Shown here piece after piece: positions 13,411 to 27,068 of a DNA stretch of 64,000 bases. The notes below the pieces were generated by a model that did not search any database, was not told the DNA's origin, and saw only the letters and a program-made list of their open reading frames with translations. Numbering within the stretch: the first letter of the stretch is position 1; each line of letters starts with the position of its first letter. A program made the translations under genes and the position numbers. The DNA comes from Phoronis australis (Eukaryota > Animalia > Phoronida). Location: the NCBI GenBank assembly GCA_002633005.1, contig NMRA01000410.1, positions 213,977 to 277,976 of the forward strand, written 5' to 3'.

Positions 13411-14405
13411 ACAGTATAATCAACATAATCAGCATATATTTTTTGAAATCCATAGAGAAAAAGTGGAAACCAAAAAGGGTTGAAAATGACTTATACTCAG
13501 TTGAGTGTGTATTTGAATTCCACATACTACATGCGCGCACCCGGGGGGGCGCGAAGGGCTCGAACCAGCCCCCCATTTGGAGAGGTGGAGAAAAAGGTCC
13601 GCTTCAGTGACACAAAAAGTCAGGGAAAAGGAGACAACAAGTCCACTAAAAAGGAATAAACGCACAATTCACAGCTCTGGACGTGGTACCCCGGTTTTTT
13701 AGTCATCAGTGGGTCAAGCCAATTCAAAGTTTTTGGTTAGATCACTGACAATTTTCACACCAGTATAGTTATAACTGTTTATCTTATATGTACCATTTTG
13801 ATTATTATGCACGATGTAGGGCGTTCAGTTGTAAATTAACGCTTGAGCCTGCGGGAATCGAAGGTATACACTTTAAAATTTAGGAAACCAATGCAACTGT
13901 TTTCGGTATAATCAAGTTTAGGAGTAATCAAACACTTGAATTATTTTTTCGAAACATTTCAGAGTATAAAAAAGGTTTTGCACCTAATATTAATTTGTTT
14001 TAGTGTATTGGGGGTGGTCTCAAATTGAAAGGAGTCATCAAAAGTTAAGTGTAATGGAATTTTCTGCTGCATTGGGAAAAAGTAGTCGACTGGTAGTGCG
14101 AGATAAGGAGACGGGTAATAAGGATCGCTTTGACTTGCTTACGAGTGGTGACCCTTGATATTGGCCAGATATGTTCAGAGATATGCTACTAAAATATTCC
14201 TTGAGTTTGAGACTCGCGAAGTGTGTGAAGCGCTGACCTAGTTTATGCAGAGAACCTGGCGGATGACCTAGTTTACGTATTGCTGGTAATGCGAGTTTTC
14301 CCGACTATTATGCATGCTCTACGTTGCGAGCACTCGCCACTTCCAATGATGGATAGCAAACACCTTCGTCGTATGATTGACCTCTTCAAAGAATCTAAAG
14401 CATAT

Positions 14406-15004
14406 CTGTTTCTGTTTCTGTTTCTGTTTCTGTGGTGACGTCATAGGGTAGGCACCGGGATAGTCTCTGGCCCTCCTCCTTCCAGCATCGCACGCAATAA
14501 AAATTTGGAGATGCAACCAAGTTCGTGGTGGTTACACACTCTTCGATTTTTCCCCTGATACAAGTTTTTGCTGCATCTCCGTATTGCCATCCTCGCTTTA
14601 TGAGGCGCTTTGTTGCCCATCTCTCCTGCTGTTGTGCAATCTCGGCATCTGTAAGCGATTCACGCACTTTGGAGATTACATCTGCTGGTGTGAGGAGCAT
14701 GTCGGCAATCGGTTCTGCGATGTCTGCAAGCTCATCTGCCTTGACGTTGAATGAGATGCCAAAGTGTCCTGGTATATAAACACTGGTGAAGAGACCATTA
14801 ATGGAGCTGAACAGAAGGATCCAGGAATCTTTCACATCACCAGTTTTTAGCCTGCTAATGAGGCTGAGGGAGTCTGTAAGTAGAAATGATCTGTCTGCAG
14901 GTGTTGTGTTCTGTGAGAGCCAAACTAGGGCGTCTTCATATGCTTCACATTCAGCTCTAAAAGACGAGGATTTTCCAACCCGTGCTGTTGACCATTCGAA
15001 GAGG
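14406..15004 (-). mobile_element. Duplicate copy of the RNase H-bearing LINE 3' end
   Basis: ORF 14395-14835 (YIPGHFGISFNVKADELA) and a (CAGAAA)n tail. Confidence 0.8.
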
Positions 15005-15046
15005 NNNNNNNNNNNNNNNNNNNNNNNNNNNNNNNNNNNNNNNNNN
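15005..15046. other. Assembly gap
   Basis: Run of N. Confidence 1.
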
Positions 15047-16616
15047 CGCTTGCTCCAAATGCAACCACCTGGTCGACTACACTGACGTGATCATTGTCGA
15101 CATCGTCAGCCAGGGTCTTTCCGACAAGGACATACATCTGGATCTTCTTGGATACTCCAATCATACTTGAAGAAATGCTTCAATTTGTTGAAAATAAGAA
15201 GTCAGGTAAATGCTCAGCCAACGGCCTTGCAGGATCAGACCTTGTCAAAGCCTCAGAAAGCACCTACAAAAAGAAACAGTGCGACACACGACCAAGCAAA
15301 CGTGAGGCCGACCAACTCCCTAGCCACAACTTATGTATATACTGTGTTCAGGCTGGGCACGGGTCAAAATCTCCTTCTCGACGTGTGAGAAGTGCAATTT
15401 GAAAAACCACTTTGCCACAATTTGCCGGGGTGGACGGCGCACCAGAAGCACAGAGAGCGGTGCCACATTTGACACTTTCTGCAACATCACTGTTATCCCC
15501 CTAGATCATTACATCTTTGATCACGACAAGGCCATTTGGCCGAAACACATGAAAATACCTCAACCCACGATCAAACTCAAAATTAAAGTCTCTGTGGATG
15601 ACTACCAATTGCGCCTATAGATTACAGTATAATCAACATAATCAGCATATATTTTTTGAAATCCATAGAGAAAAAGTGGAGACCAAAAAGGGTTGAAAAT
15701 GACTTATACTCAGTTGAGTGTGTATTTGAATTCCACATACTACATGCGCGCACCCAGGGGGGCGCCCAGGGCTCGAACCAGCCCCCCATTTGGAGAGGTG
15801 GAGAAAAAGGTCCGCTTTAGTGAAACAAAAGTCAGGGAAAAGGAGACAAAAAGTCCACTAAAAAGGCATAAACGCACAATTCACAGCTCTGGACGTGGTA
15901 CCCCGATTTTTTAGTCATTAGTGGGTCAAGCCAATTCAAAGTTTTTGGTTAAATCACTGACAATTTTCACACCAGTATAGTTATAACTGTTTATCTTATA
16001 TGTACCATTTTGACTATTATGCACGATGTAGTGCGTTCAGTTGCAAATTAACGCTTGAGCCTGCGGGAATCGAAGGTATACACTTTAAAAGTTAGGAAAC
16101 CAATGCAACTGTTTTCGGTATAATCAAGGTTAGAAGTAATCAAACACTTGAATTATTTTTTCGAAACATTTCAGAGTATAAAAAAGGTTTTGCACCTAAT
16201 ATTAATTTGTTTTAGTGTATTGGGGGTGGTCTCAAATTGAAAGGAATCATCAAAAGTTAAGTGTAATGGAATTTTCTGCTGCATTGGGAAAAAGTAGTCG
16301 ACTGGTAGTGCGAGATAAGGAGACGGGTAATAAGGATCGCTTTGACTTGCTTACAAGCGGTGACCCGTGATATTGGCCAGATATGTTCAGAGATATGCTA
16401 CTAAAATATTCCTTGAGTTTGAGACTCGCGAAGTGTGTGAAGCGCTTACCTAGTTTATGCAGAGAACTTGGCGGATGACATAATTTAGGTATTGCTGGTA
16501 ATGCGAGTTTTCCCGACCGTTACGCATGCTCTACGTTGCGAGCACTCGCCACTTCCAATGATGGATAGCAAACACCTTCGTCGTATGATTGACCTCATCA
16601 AAGAATCTAAAGCATA

Positions 16617-17690
16617 TCTGTTTCTGTTTCTGTTTCTGTGGTGACGTCAGAGGGTAGGCACCGGGATAGTCTCTGGCCCTCCTCCTTCCAGTATCGCACG
16701 CAATAAAAATTTGGAGATGCAACCAAGTTCGTGGTGGTTACACACTCTTTGATTTTTCCCTTGATACAAGTTTTTGCTGCATCTCCGTATTGCCATCCTC
16801 GCTTTATGAGGCGCTTTGTTGCCCATCTCTCATGCTGTTGTACAATCTCGGCATCTGTAAGCGATTCACGCACTCTGGAGATTACACCTGCTGGTGTGAG
16901 GAGAAGGTCGGCAATCGGTTTTGCGATGCCTGCAAGCTCATCTGCCTTGACGTTGAATGAGATGCCACAGTGTCCTGGTATATAAGCACTGGTGAAGAGA
17001 CCATTAATAGAGCTGAACAGAAGGATCCAGGAATCTTTCACATCACCAGTTTTTAGCCTGCTAATGAGGTTGAGGGAGTCTGTAAGTAGAAATGATCTGT
17101 CTGCAGGTATTGTGTTCTGTGAGAGCCAGACTAGGGCGTCTTCATATGCTTCACATTCAGCTCTAAAAGACGAGGATTTTCCAACCCGTGCTGTTGACCA
17201 TTCGAAGAGGCGTTGACCCTCGCGAGTCCAAGCAACTGCTGCCCAAGCCGTAATGTCATCTCTTAGTGAGCCGTCCGTTGCAACAATGATTGTGGGAGAT
17301 CGTTCTTCAAGCCATTCCAATACAGTTGCTTGGTTGATACAGTCAGTTCTTTCTCGCCAATGATGGCCTCCAATCTCCATGGTGTTGATGACATAGTTCG
17401 TGGCTTTGGACCACTCTATGCTGTTGATGTTCTCCACTGGACATACCTCTTCGACAAGCTCCCTAGCTCCGATAACCCATGATTAAACAGTTTTCAGCCT
17501 TTGTGCAGTGTGCTCATCACTATGCTCTCTCAAGTCCAGGTACAGAGGATGAGAGATTTTAATATCCAGGTTGGACTACTAAGACCGGCCATTTAACTCA
17601 CACAACGTCAACTTCCGCTTTGTTTACCGCAATGAGCCTCGCTTTGCATTTTAATGTCTGATGCGTGAATGAGGTCTGTAGCCCATCTCC
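16617..17690 (-). mobile_element. 5'-truncated non-LTR retrotransposon with C-terminal RNase H and (CAGAAA)n tail, lying between Gypsy gag and pol
   Basis: ORF 16607-17437 has RNase HI motifs IVATDGS, SSFRAECEA, LLTDS and YIPGHCGISFNVKADELA. Upstream lies HPL..RLK..SW. The 3' tail is acagaaacagaaacagaaac. Confidence 0.8.
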
Positions 17691-18560
17691 TTGACAAGGT
17701 GAAATGTGCTGACGACACACTCTTATGGTCAAATTCCATCTCCTCCAGTTTCCATCGGACCCTCTTGCTTAAACTCAAATCAGATAAATTTCAGGTTGCC
17801 AATCGCCCCGTTGAATTTGAAGGGTTCGAGATTACGAGCAACGCTGTACGACCAAGCCAGAAGTACTTGCGGGCCATCAAAGACTTCTCAAGCCCCAAAT
17901 CTATCACGGATGTTCGCTCGTGGTTTGGCCTGCTAAACAAAGTTGCCTATGCATTTTCCGTGGCCAGCGTGATGACACCATTCCGCGATTTTCTTAAGCC
18001 AAGGATGACATTCTACTGGGACGGCACCCTCGAAGACCTCTTCAAGGCATCTAAAAACAAGATTATTAAAGAAATTTGCCATGGGGTGCAGATCTTCGAC
18101 ATGAAGAGACCAACACGCATTGTCACTGAGGGAATCGGCTTTGGCTAATACAACAACACTGCAGTTGCAAGCTTACGAAGACACTCTTTTGATACGCCGA
18201 CGGATGGAAAGTTACACTGGTGGGAAGCCGATTGACTCACCCCGCTGAGTCGAAATATTCCCCAATCGAAGGTGAAGTCCTCACTGTAGCGGGCACTTTT
18301 GACCGGGTGAGGTATTTTGTCCTTGGTTGTACCCAAATTGTCGTCGCAGATGATCGTAAACCACTGCTTGGCGTCTTTGGTCCCAGACCACTGGACCAGA
18401 TCAGTAACCCCCGTCTTCGAAACTTCAAGAAGGCCCCACGTTACAACTTTCGTTTCCTCCACATACCAGGTGCAAAGAATAGAGCGTCCGATTTCATGTC
18501 ACGATCGCCATCCGGCACCCAATCCGCCGCCAAGTCCCACCTTGAGGACGTTGCTGATTC
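17690..18560 (+). pseudogene. Gypsy pol remnant (RT C-terminus and RNase H)
   Basis: CADDTLLW, KFQ..VEFEGFEI, ITDVRSWFGL, GIGF, GSR..HPAESKYSPIEGE, DRKPLLG, NPRL, HIPGAKNRASDFMSR. Confidence 0.9.
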
Positions 18561-20868
18561 CACTCAACCCGAACCCATAGACCCTAGTGCCCCTCTATTG
18601 ATTTTACTGGATACAGACACGTATTTTGCTCATACCACAATGACAACTGCTACATATTCCATAGCAAAATTCCCACATTTCATGATTCAAGATTCATCGC
18701 ACGCCCAACATCAAAAAGCCACACCCTATCAACTGACTGTGATCAACTGGAGAGGGTAATGGGGTCTTTGCTGAGATGACTAGATTACGTATACTATAAA
18801 AAAATCGCGCGTGAAAACACATCAAATCAAAAACGAAAGAAAAATGTGGCCAGTCATAATTTTGAAATCTGATCAACGACAAAAATGTATGGGCAGTTAC
18901 TTTGAAACAGTTAAAATGACACTTGATAATGTTTTTCACATGCTGACTATACTCACGTATACAGGGGTGTGACTGACAAATGCAAGACGCTAGGGAAGTA
19001 CTTGCGAAAATCTCCGCTAATGAAATGGGAACAGAGAACGGTGACCAGCCATTTTACTAGCATACCTGTGGAATACCCGCCTTTTACAAATTATGAGTAT
19101 TGGTTTGACGTTGTTACTATGTTTTCAGTAATTCATCACAAAGCGAACTTAAAGTCTGAGTCAATTTTGCTTTGGCGAAGCTGCACATCATCTCGTAAAA
19201 CATGTCACGAAAAGTTTAACAAATGGAGCGTGCATGTTTCACAAGCATGTTGTTTCCAAGTCAGTGACAGGCTGTTCTTTGTTACAAAATCTGGAATATA
19301 ACACAAACAATAAAACATTGATTTTTCAATTAAACAACTGTCACTGGTAAGATGGGTGCCAGTTGTACTTATAGCATCCCGTCGTCAGCTCTTTATATTG
19401 ATATAAGTTTCATGACACGGTGCTGAGCAGAACTTTCCAGAAGTCTGAAATTTCAAGGTCTATATAAAAATTTGAACGTATTGATTTCGAGCTTCATTTT
19501 CATACAGCTAGCTGGCTGGTAGACAGGTCTGTGCCACGGGTGGATCCAGGATTTTGAGTACGGGGGGCAGGGCATAGTATGAGCCAGAATCTTGCCCGTC
19601 AGGCATTCGCACCCCCGCATTCCTGCTATTCAGTGGCAGTAACTGATTCCCAAATCAATTTTAAACCAGGTACCCTTACCCTGCGACTGTTACCGATACT
19701 TTAATAGAAGTGGCACAGCTTTTTATTCTGAAATTACCAGCAATTTTTGACATTTTAAGGGATGGAGAAAAAAATGCAAATCCATTCAACACTCTTGTGA
19801 CTTTTTGATTTTGGGAGTTTTTACCGCGATCAGATATGTACGGAGAAGTTACTTAAAGAGCGCGCCGTAGTTAGTTTCGGTGTTCTCCACACGAATCTGT
19901 TTGACTCGTCACTGCAGCAAGTTTGAGTTTTGTCATGACGAGTTGGCTTCCTTGTGTCGAGTTTCAAAACCCATACGACGAGTTCAAAGTTTTAGGAGAT
20001 TAGAACATTTTGTCCTTTTGGCACCCGTTCTATGCAATATTAAAAAGGCTTACCGTAACACAAAAACTCTCCACCCTATTGATGTGGGTCTCCTAACACG
20101 TAGTACACATGAATTTTGTAATTCCACTCGAGTTAGTATTTTCGGTGGAGGAGAACACTGTGTTTAATGCATTCATTGCAGCAACTAAAAATAGTTATCC
20201 TGGTTTTTGATGCTGAGATGACTTCGCATATATCTACCAAGGATAATATGGTGTGTAATAGTCCCTGAAAATTGATTTCCAGAATCGTGAGTGGAATGGG
20301 AAGAATTTAAAGATTCAAAATGCCTCCAAAGTCAGTCAAAGTGATTTATTTACGTACACTCGAAACTCCGAAGGGTACAAATAACGAATGTAAACGGGAG
20401 TCCATCTGATCTACGACTAAAATGTACACATAATAATTAAATTATTAACCTTGACTTTGATTGTTTAGCCACCGTTAAATATAATTATCTTAAAATCTTC
20501 TTGCGTATAGATTGGGATGAGCCACCACCCAGCCGTTGTAGAGAGTGGTGGCCGGCTACTGTGCCTCATATTCATAAGATCATGACTGTGCCGTTTATTT
20601 GTGTCAGGCTGCGGGCAGGTTGTCAAGGAACGTACACTATAACCATGCGACAAGGGTGGCGGGACGTATGCTGGAGCAATAGATTCTGTCTTTGGCTTCC
20701 CGACTGAGCCTCCTTGTCGCCTTTTGTAGGCAATTTCTTGCTTTTTTTGCCCTTTTTCTTTCCTTTCACGGGCATCTTGAATGTTGAAGCGTCTATCCGC
20801 CATTACTGTTACTATGAAGTAGTGCCGTCTTGCGGCAGCAAACCCCATGAGTTTCTGGAAATAGGCCC

Positions 20869-23700
20869 TGATACGGCGTAAAACGTAACAACTTCATAAA
20901 ATGTATCAACTGCTACATTTTACATCATTGTAATGTTTTACGTTGCTAGGCCTCTCCTAAAATGTAACAAGTTGTTACAATTTATGTAATAGTTACGATT
21001 TACGTCAAATTCACCATTGTTACATTTTACGAAAGCAACGTCATATTTCATGAGTTTGCATTATATTTGTACCACCGAAGGAAACTTTCACCCACTTAAC
21101 GGCTTCTTTTTCGGATTGTTTGAATGAAATTCTGTCAAATGTACCTGCTCGAATTGATAGATGTGTTCCTATGTGCTTGTCATTGTTTTTTAACATGAAT
21201 AGTTTCTTGGTATTTTAAAAATGTACCCTGTACAGTTTCAACTTTAGACGAAAGGAGTTTCCAGGATCAGGAAACAAGTTTTTATTGTTACTTAGCGTTC
21301 TTAGCGTGCAATCTTTTGTTGGCGCCCACAAGTCGTAAAACAATTATGTGTCCAGCATTACAGTAAACACACTTCCCTTGGTAATCGCAAAAGAAAAAAT
21401 GACATCGTAGGCATTTATCTCATTTCTTCGTGAACAAACGACCATAATATCCTTTTACAGATAATTCAATTTCGGAAGGCAATTTGATAGTCTGATTTAT
21501 TTCAGCCTATGTTTTATTGCCTTGGAGTCATCGCTAATGCAGTAATTGCCCTGCCCCACACAAAAGAAGCGAGATAGCACTTTCTGATGGTGACGGGTTC
21601 TGTCTACCACCTTAGTTACAAATTTCTTAAGGACATTGTGGCGGAAGGAATTAAAATTACGCATTTACTTGTGGGCAGATTGAAACATTATTTTTTTAGC
21701 AGTTCAACAACTAAGGTCGCCTTTGAGAATGGTGTGCCAACAGTTTAAAACAGTAGCGGCTTAGTCCCGTGTTTAAACATCTTAAAAGCTGAAAGAAATA
21801 TCATTGTTCCCATGATGTCAAACCTGTCTGAAATAGTGGTGGTAGCAACAGATCAAACCGTGACGTGTATATGTAAAAATGGGAGGCCTAGCTGGGGAAA
21901 TGGAAAATATTTTGGCGCTCTGAAAGGACATGGTCTTTTTGCTGAAGCCCGCTCTCGGTCGATAGTTTAAAGCGGCAATAGTCCGAAAAAAGCTGACTGT
22001 CGGCCTTTCGGACTACTAAAACATACACTTTCTCTTTCCTAATCTTTTATGATAAAATGTCAATTAAAATTGCTATTTTGTCAATGTTCGTTTGTCCGAA
22101 GCACTTATTAAATACAGAGATTGGATATCCTACTCTTAATGGAGGTGAAGCCACGTGTCTCATGAGGAGTCATTTGTGGGGTTGCAGCTCGCTGTAAACA
22201 ATTAACACACGTGGTTGTAGGCGAATAAGGATATTTAGTATATTAACCCTTTTGTTACGTCGCATAAAAAGCGCATATTAGACATCGCTGACTTCGACGT
22301 TGGACGTTTTTGCTCCATACAATCCACTTTCAATGAAACCTAGTTTAAATCACTCAGTTAAATCACTGTGTTCTTCTAAGAATAGAGGGACCTGTTCCAC
22401 ATAAAATTGTTGCGTGTTTCTATGCCCATTGCCATCTTTTCTAATGACCCGGTGACCGCAACCAAAGCCGACTAGTCGCCAGCTCTCGAAAAATGTCTGC
22501 CTTCAGAGTTCAACTTGACGCAATTTTTGAACTTACAGATCATCATGGAACCAGCCCCAGGTCTTTGAAAAGAAATGTTTTCAGCAAGAGAAAAAAATGA
22601 TGACATTGTGGGTATCCTCACGTTTAGTAGTAAATCGCAACTGAAAGATAACAGTCTGAATTCAGTTCTTCCTGGCAAACTACAGAAGGATATAAATATA
22701 TTTACAAACACTATCGTGCTCGCCGATAATTCAGACTTTTTTGAAGTTGGCGCACGTCTAAAGTAGATTTTAAATGTCAACCTCCTCGTTTCCAAGAAGT
22801 AGACTTTCTCTGAATCCACAGCTGTCAAGACGTTTCTCACAACGTCGTAAAGGCTGATAATAGGAAATCCTTTAAAAATCCCTAGTCGTTCATTATCGGG
22901 AGCCCGGTGAAAACACTGAATCATAAATGAGATAATTTGATAATCTTTGAGGACTATGATGTATTTGCACTTTGCTAAACATGTATTGTGTATATTGCAA
23001 TGTATTTCTTTTAAATAAATTCAATAAAAATGGTAATGATAACGATGATGATTATGATAATGATAATGATTATATTAAAGATAATGATAATCCTGATAAC
23101 GATAACGACAATTAGTAATGAAAGTAGTAATAGTAGTAAAAGTAATTTGATAAAAATAATAATGGGTAGCCAAATTCATGCCCTGGCAGCCCGAAGGGTA
23201 TTCCTGTGGAAGAGATATACGAAAAGTGCAGCCTAAAAGGGTGTTTTTTCTGAGCAAAAAAATACTCTCCAAAAGGGTGCCATTTTCGATAAAAACTATC
23301 TAAAAGGGTGGCACTGCCTTTTCTGAATTTCTGAAACAGAACTGTGCGAAAATGTGAATTTTACACAAAAAATACTCTCTAAATGTGTCGGACTCCCTTT
23401 TGTCAGAGCCCACTCTCTAAATGGATAAGTATCCAAAATTTTCAGGCGTCACCTCTCTTCAAAATACTCGAGTTCTCTGCGGCCGTGTCAGATACCAGTT
23501 GTTCGTGCTTTTGGTCATTTTCTTTGTAATATGACGTTGGTTTCGCAAAATGTGACAATGGTACATTTCTCGCGTGCGCATTCGACATAATGTAACAATT
23601 ACGTAAAATGTGACAACCTGTTACATTTTAGGAGAGGCTTAGCAACGTAAAATATAACAATGACGTAAATGTAACAGTTGTTGCATTTTACGGCGTATCA
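20869..23700. mobile_element. DNA transposon with long (~150-190 bp) imperfect TIRs, TGATACG...CGTATCA; superfamily uncertain
   Basis: 20869-~21050 is the reverse complement of ~23520-23700 (for example gttgctaggcctctcctaaaatgtaaca vs tgttacattttaggagaggcttagcaac). The flanks AGGCCC and AGGACC could be a 6-bp TSD with one mismatch. Confidence 0.75.
23028..23163. repeat. Degenerate (ATG/ATA/AGT)n trinucleotide microsatellite
   Basis: Seen directly. It accounts for spurious ORF 23030-23236. Confidence 0.9.
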
Positions 23701-24089
23701 AGGACCACTCAAAAGTACGTATTTTTGGTAACAATTTGGGTGTTTTGAAAATCGAATGGATTGCTCTAAAATGCGTACCCTGTAACTCAGAATATAAGGC
23801 CATGGCCTTATAAGCCAAGTAATGTATTTTTGGGAATACACTGAGAATAAAAGGCCACGGCCAGTCTTATACATTCGAGTACAAGGCCATACCGTTATTT
23901 TCGGATCATGAGCCCAGTTATCCCTATTTGTTTTGACCATGTCTAAGGTTAAAAGTATTCTATGAAAATGAACAGTACAATAAAAAAACAAGAAAACACT
24001 ACGCGAGTCTCCAAGTTAAATGATGAACAATACACTGAACACAAGGTACAGTCTCTCTCTTTCTCTATCCCCCTCTCCCTTCTGCCCCC

Positions 24090-24374
24090 NNNNNNNNNNN
24101 NNNNNNNNNNNNNNNNNNNNNNNNNNNNNNNNNNNNNNNNNNNNNNNNNNNNNNNNNNNNNNNNNNNNNNNNNNNNNNNNNNNNNNNNNNNNNNNNNNNN
24201 NNNNNNNNNNNNNNNNNNNNNNNNNNNNNNNNNNNNNNNNNNNNNNNNNNNNNNNNNNNNNNNNNNNNNNNNNNNNNNNNNNNNNNNNNNNNNNNNNNNN
24301 NNNNNNNNNNNNNNNNNNNNNNNNNNNNNNNNNNNNNNNNNNNNNNNNNNNNNNNNNNNNNNNNNNNNNNNNNN
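24090..24374. other. Assembly gap
   Basis: Run of N. Confidence 1.
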
Positions 24375-25344
24375 CCCGGTGTAGTCCCCTTCTCTCCCTC
24401 TCTCACTATATTTTGGATCGAAAGGACTGTCATTCAACAAGAAATTTGGGTGACCTTGTTGAAACTAACCATATTACGTATTTTTAGGAAAAAAACAGTC
24501 TTAAGTCTATAATTAATTTTGGTAATGCCGTGGCATTCTCTGGATCGGCTGGAAAACCAGATTTACCTCGATATCATCACTGACTGAAGTCAGCTATACT
24601 GACCAAGGCTTCTCAAAAAGCCTTCTACCGACACTGCTGTCCTACGTTGACTAGCTGGTTCAAAAAGAACTTGGTTGCACGGCAGAATCTTTAGTAAGTT
24701 GCATTCAGGGCGGTTCCAGGATTTTTTAAACTAGATACACCACAGATGGACAACAACAAAACTGGTGCAGCTACTGGTACTACTAACTACAATGTTAACT
24801 AAGTAAGAAATAGTTTTGCTTCTGATTCAAAGCGCTTCACGTAATCATCGGGCCGTACCCGGCCAACTTCGCCCGAGTGGTATTTGCGTAGACGATAGGA
24901 TGGTGCAGACGATTATAGGAGGCTTTATGTTACTTATCGGCATTGAACACGCGTGGTGGTTACATCGTAGGGAAACAAATGGGCAAAGAAGTAAGTGTCT
25001 ATACCTAGCTAAGCTATATAGCAGCGAAATAGCTCCCAAATGTCATAGAGCGGTGTGAATGCCTTAAAATCGACCAAGAAACAAAACAGTCGATAAAAGG
25101 TTAGCTATCTAATATTGCTTGCTAGCGTAGTACGGTAAAGGGCAGGCGTTTTCAAATTTGGAATTGAAAGTGTTCGTCGAATACAGGTATATTTTTCATG
25201 TAGTGGCCAATGGGGCTATTCGGAGAATTCTCCTCGCGGTGTCGCTGCTGTACTAGTGGTGATTGAATTGCGCATGCGTGGCTGTCTGCATGTAAACAAC
25301 TGGGAAAAGATGGAATTTTTATCAAAATACGTCGTCGCGCTAAG

Positions 25345-26210
25345 CCTTATTACTGCTAATTTCCCTGGTGCAAGTCTTCGACAGGTGGCCACAAATTCCC
25401 AAAAGACCTAAGGTTACTATATTCGTGGACAATTGCGGTCAACAGGGTCAACTAACTGACAAAAAGTGTGTGGATGCTGAAGCCCCGTGTGTGCTCTGTG
25501 TATGACTATGCAGTTCCATTCGGAGACTACACAACATTACTTGGTAAGTTTTAGCAATCAGTTTCTATCAACATCGTTCGGTGATGTTATCCCCACCAGT
25601 TACCCCACTGAATAACAGGTTTATTGAGTGGAACTAAGTATTTCTTTTTTGAAACTCACCCGATGCCGGGTAGGCTAGCAGCACATATTCATATTGTCCT
25701 GGGTGGGAGTGCTCCCAAAATAAGAGATGTATGGTACGTGATGCACAGAAGTCAAGAGTGACTTTTTCACAGCAGTTTCTCTTCAAAACTATGCTGTTTC
25801 CAATAAAATTCTCTAGATGAGTGAGTTTCCTTAATTTATCGTGGACCCCACCCCCAGGACCACCAGCTCAGTATCGAATTAACATGAATAAGCCTTAATT
25901 CAGTAAATGTCGTAACATTGCATTGGAAAAAAATTGCTTGATGAGATCAGAAGCACATTTTAAGTGTCATGAAAAATACACACTTTTAGCCTGTTTCACA
26001 TATTTTAATTCAGATATTAAATAAGACTTGGGTACAAAGGTTATTAGTTTCTACACATAAACATGAAGATGAAATGTCAAGTATGTTCTGCCTTACAAAA
26101 GTAGTTTTGTCTTGTCTTTTCTTTTACAATTTGCTAATATTTCTATTCTGTTACAGGCAAGAAAAAACAACTGAAACCAACCGCCTGACCATCTATTTCA
26201 CCGTTGGACA
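25345..26210 (+). pseudogene. THAP zinc-finger N-terminus of the ISL2EU transposase (two exons, degenerate)
   Basis: YYC*FPWC, GHKFPKDLRL..W.IAVNR, donor gtaagt at 25544, acceptor at 26156, then KKQLKPTA.PSIF (THAP AVPTIF box). No DDE domain seen. Confidence 0.75.
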
Positions 26211-26559
26211 AAGTGAAAAGCAATCCTTCAGCAATAACCTGAGAGAATTGAACGTAATTCAGTAATTCAGCACCTGATATGCCTGATTATGGACTCCCTC
26301 GCAATGTTTCTTTCTGTGCTTTTTCAGTTTGCCATTTGTTTTTAAATACACTGATAATTGTTTATTCTCGAATCTTGTGCATAGCAGCTAGCTACAATTG
26401 AAAACATACAATAAGACAATCGATGCAGTCACTGAATGTCATTTCCCCATAATCTGTACCAAATTGAAAAGTTTTTACCAATAGTATAAAGCCTTTCTTC
26501 TGAAAGGAAAATTTAATGTCACTCAGCTTTTGGCTTTCATTTCACTGGGTTCTAGTTTC

Positions 26560-27068
26560 AATGGCCTATAGAAGCGCTTGTAAAAAAGGTCCAGTTTCAA
26601 CACGTGGCTTTCTTTCATGTAACCTCATTCAGCCTCAATAACATCCACAATTAGACCCTTGAAGGTAAACACAGCAGCATATCACTTGAATCGTTTTGAG
26701 CCCAAAATCAGACTCTGAACTAGACCAGAGTGTGACTAGGTCTTCTTTAGCTTCAGTCCCTCATGTTTCTTCCAGGAAAGGAAATAAGCTATTGTCCACA
26801 CATGACTCATTGCCTATGAAAGGGCATCCTCACCAACAAGGCTTATTTGTGTAGCAGTCAGATATAGTTCGTCTGGATACACAGACACTCCACTGGCACA
26901 TTGTCTTATGGTAACTTAGTACTGCGATTCACATTTCTCCAGGGCCACTGACTTGCACATTGTGCCATGCAGCACTGCTGGTGTGTGGAAGTGCTGTGGG
27001 AAGAGAACGGAGTAACAAAGCTTGTCTATGATACAGCTTGAAGTGGCCTTAAAATGTCACTGAACCTG
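26560..27068 (-). pseudogene. YqaJ-like (lambda-exonuclease fold) ORF remnant of ISL2EU
   Basis: TPAVLHG..VALEKCE, YLTATQISLVGED (cf. LGASPDGLVG), LKLKKT..VQ, VFTFKGLIVDVI, LKLDLFYKRFYRP. Confidence 0.7.

Larger units (their letters stand above)
12834..17210. repeat. ~2.17-kb direct duplication (12834-15004 vs 15047-17210) flanking an N-gap
   Basis: Near-identical copies with scattered SNPs and small indels. Both breakpoints coincide exactly with the gap at 15005-15046. Confidence 0.95.

Noticed and set aside
20465-20848. 127-aa minus ORF beside the long-TIR element
   Set aside because: No recognisable domain or splice structure. It may be a TE remnant, but that is unsupported.
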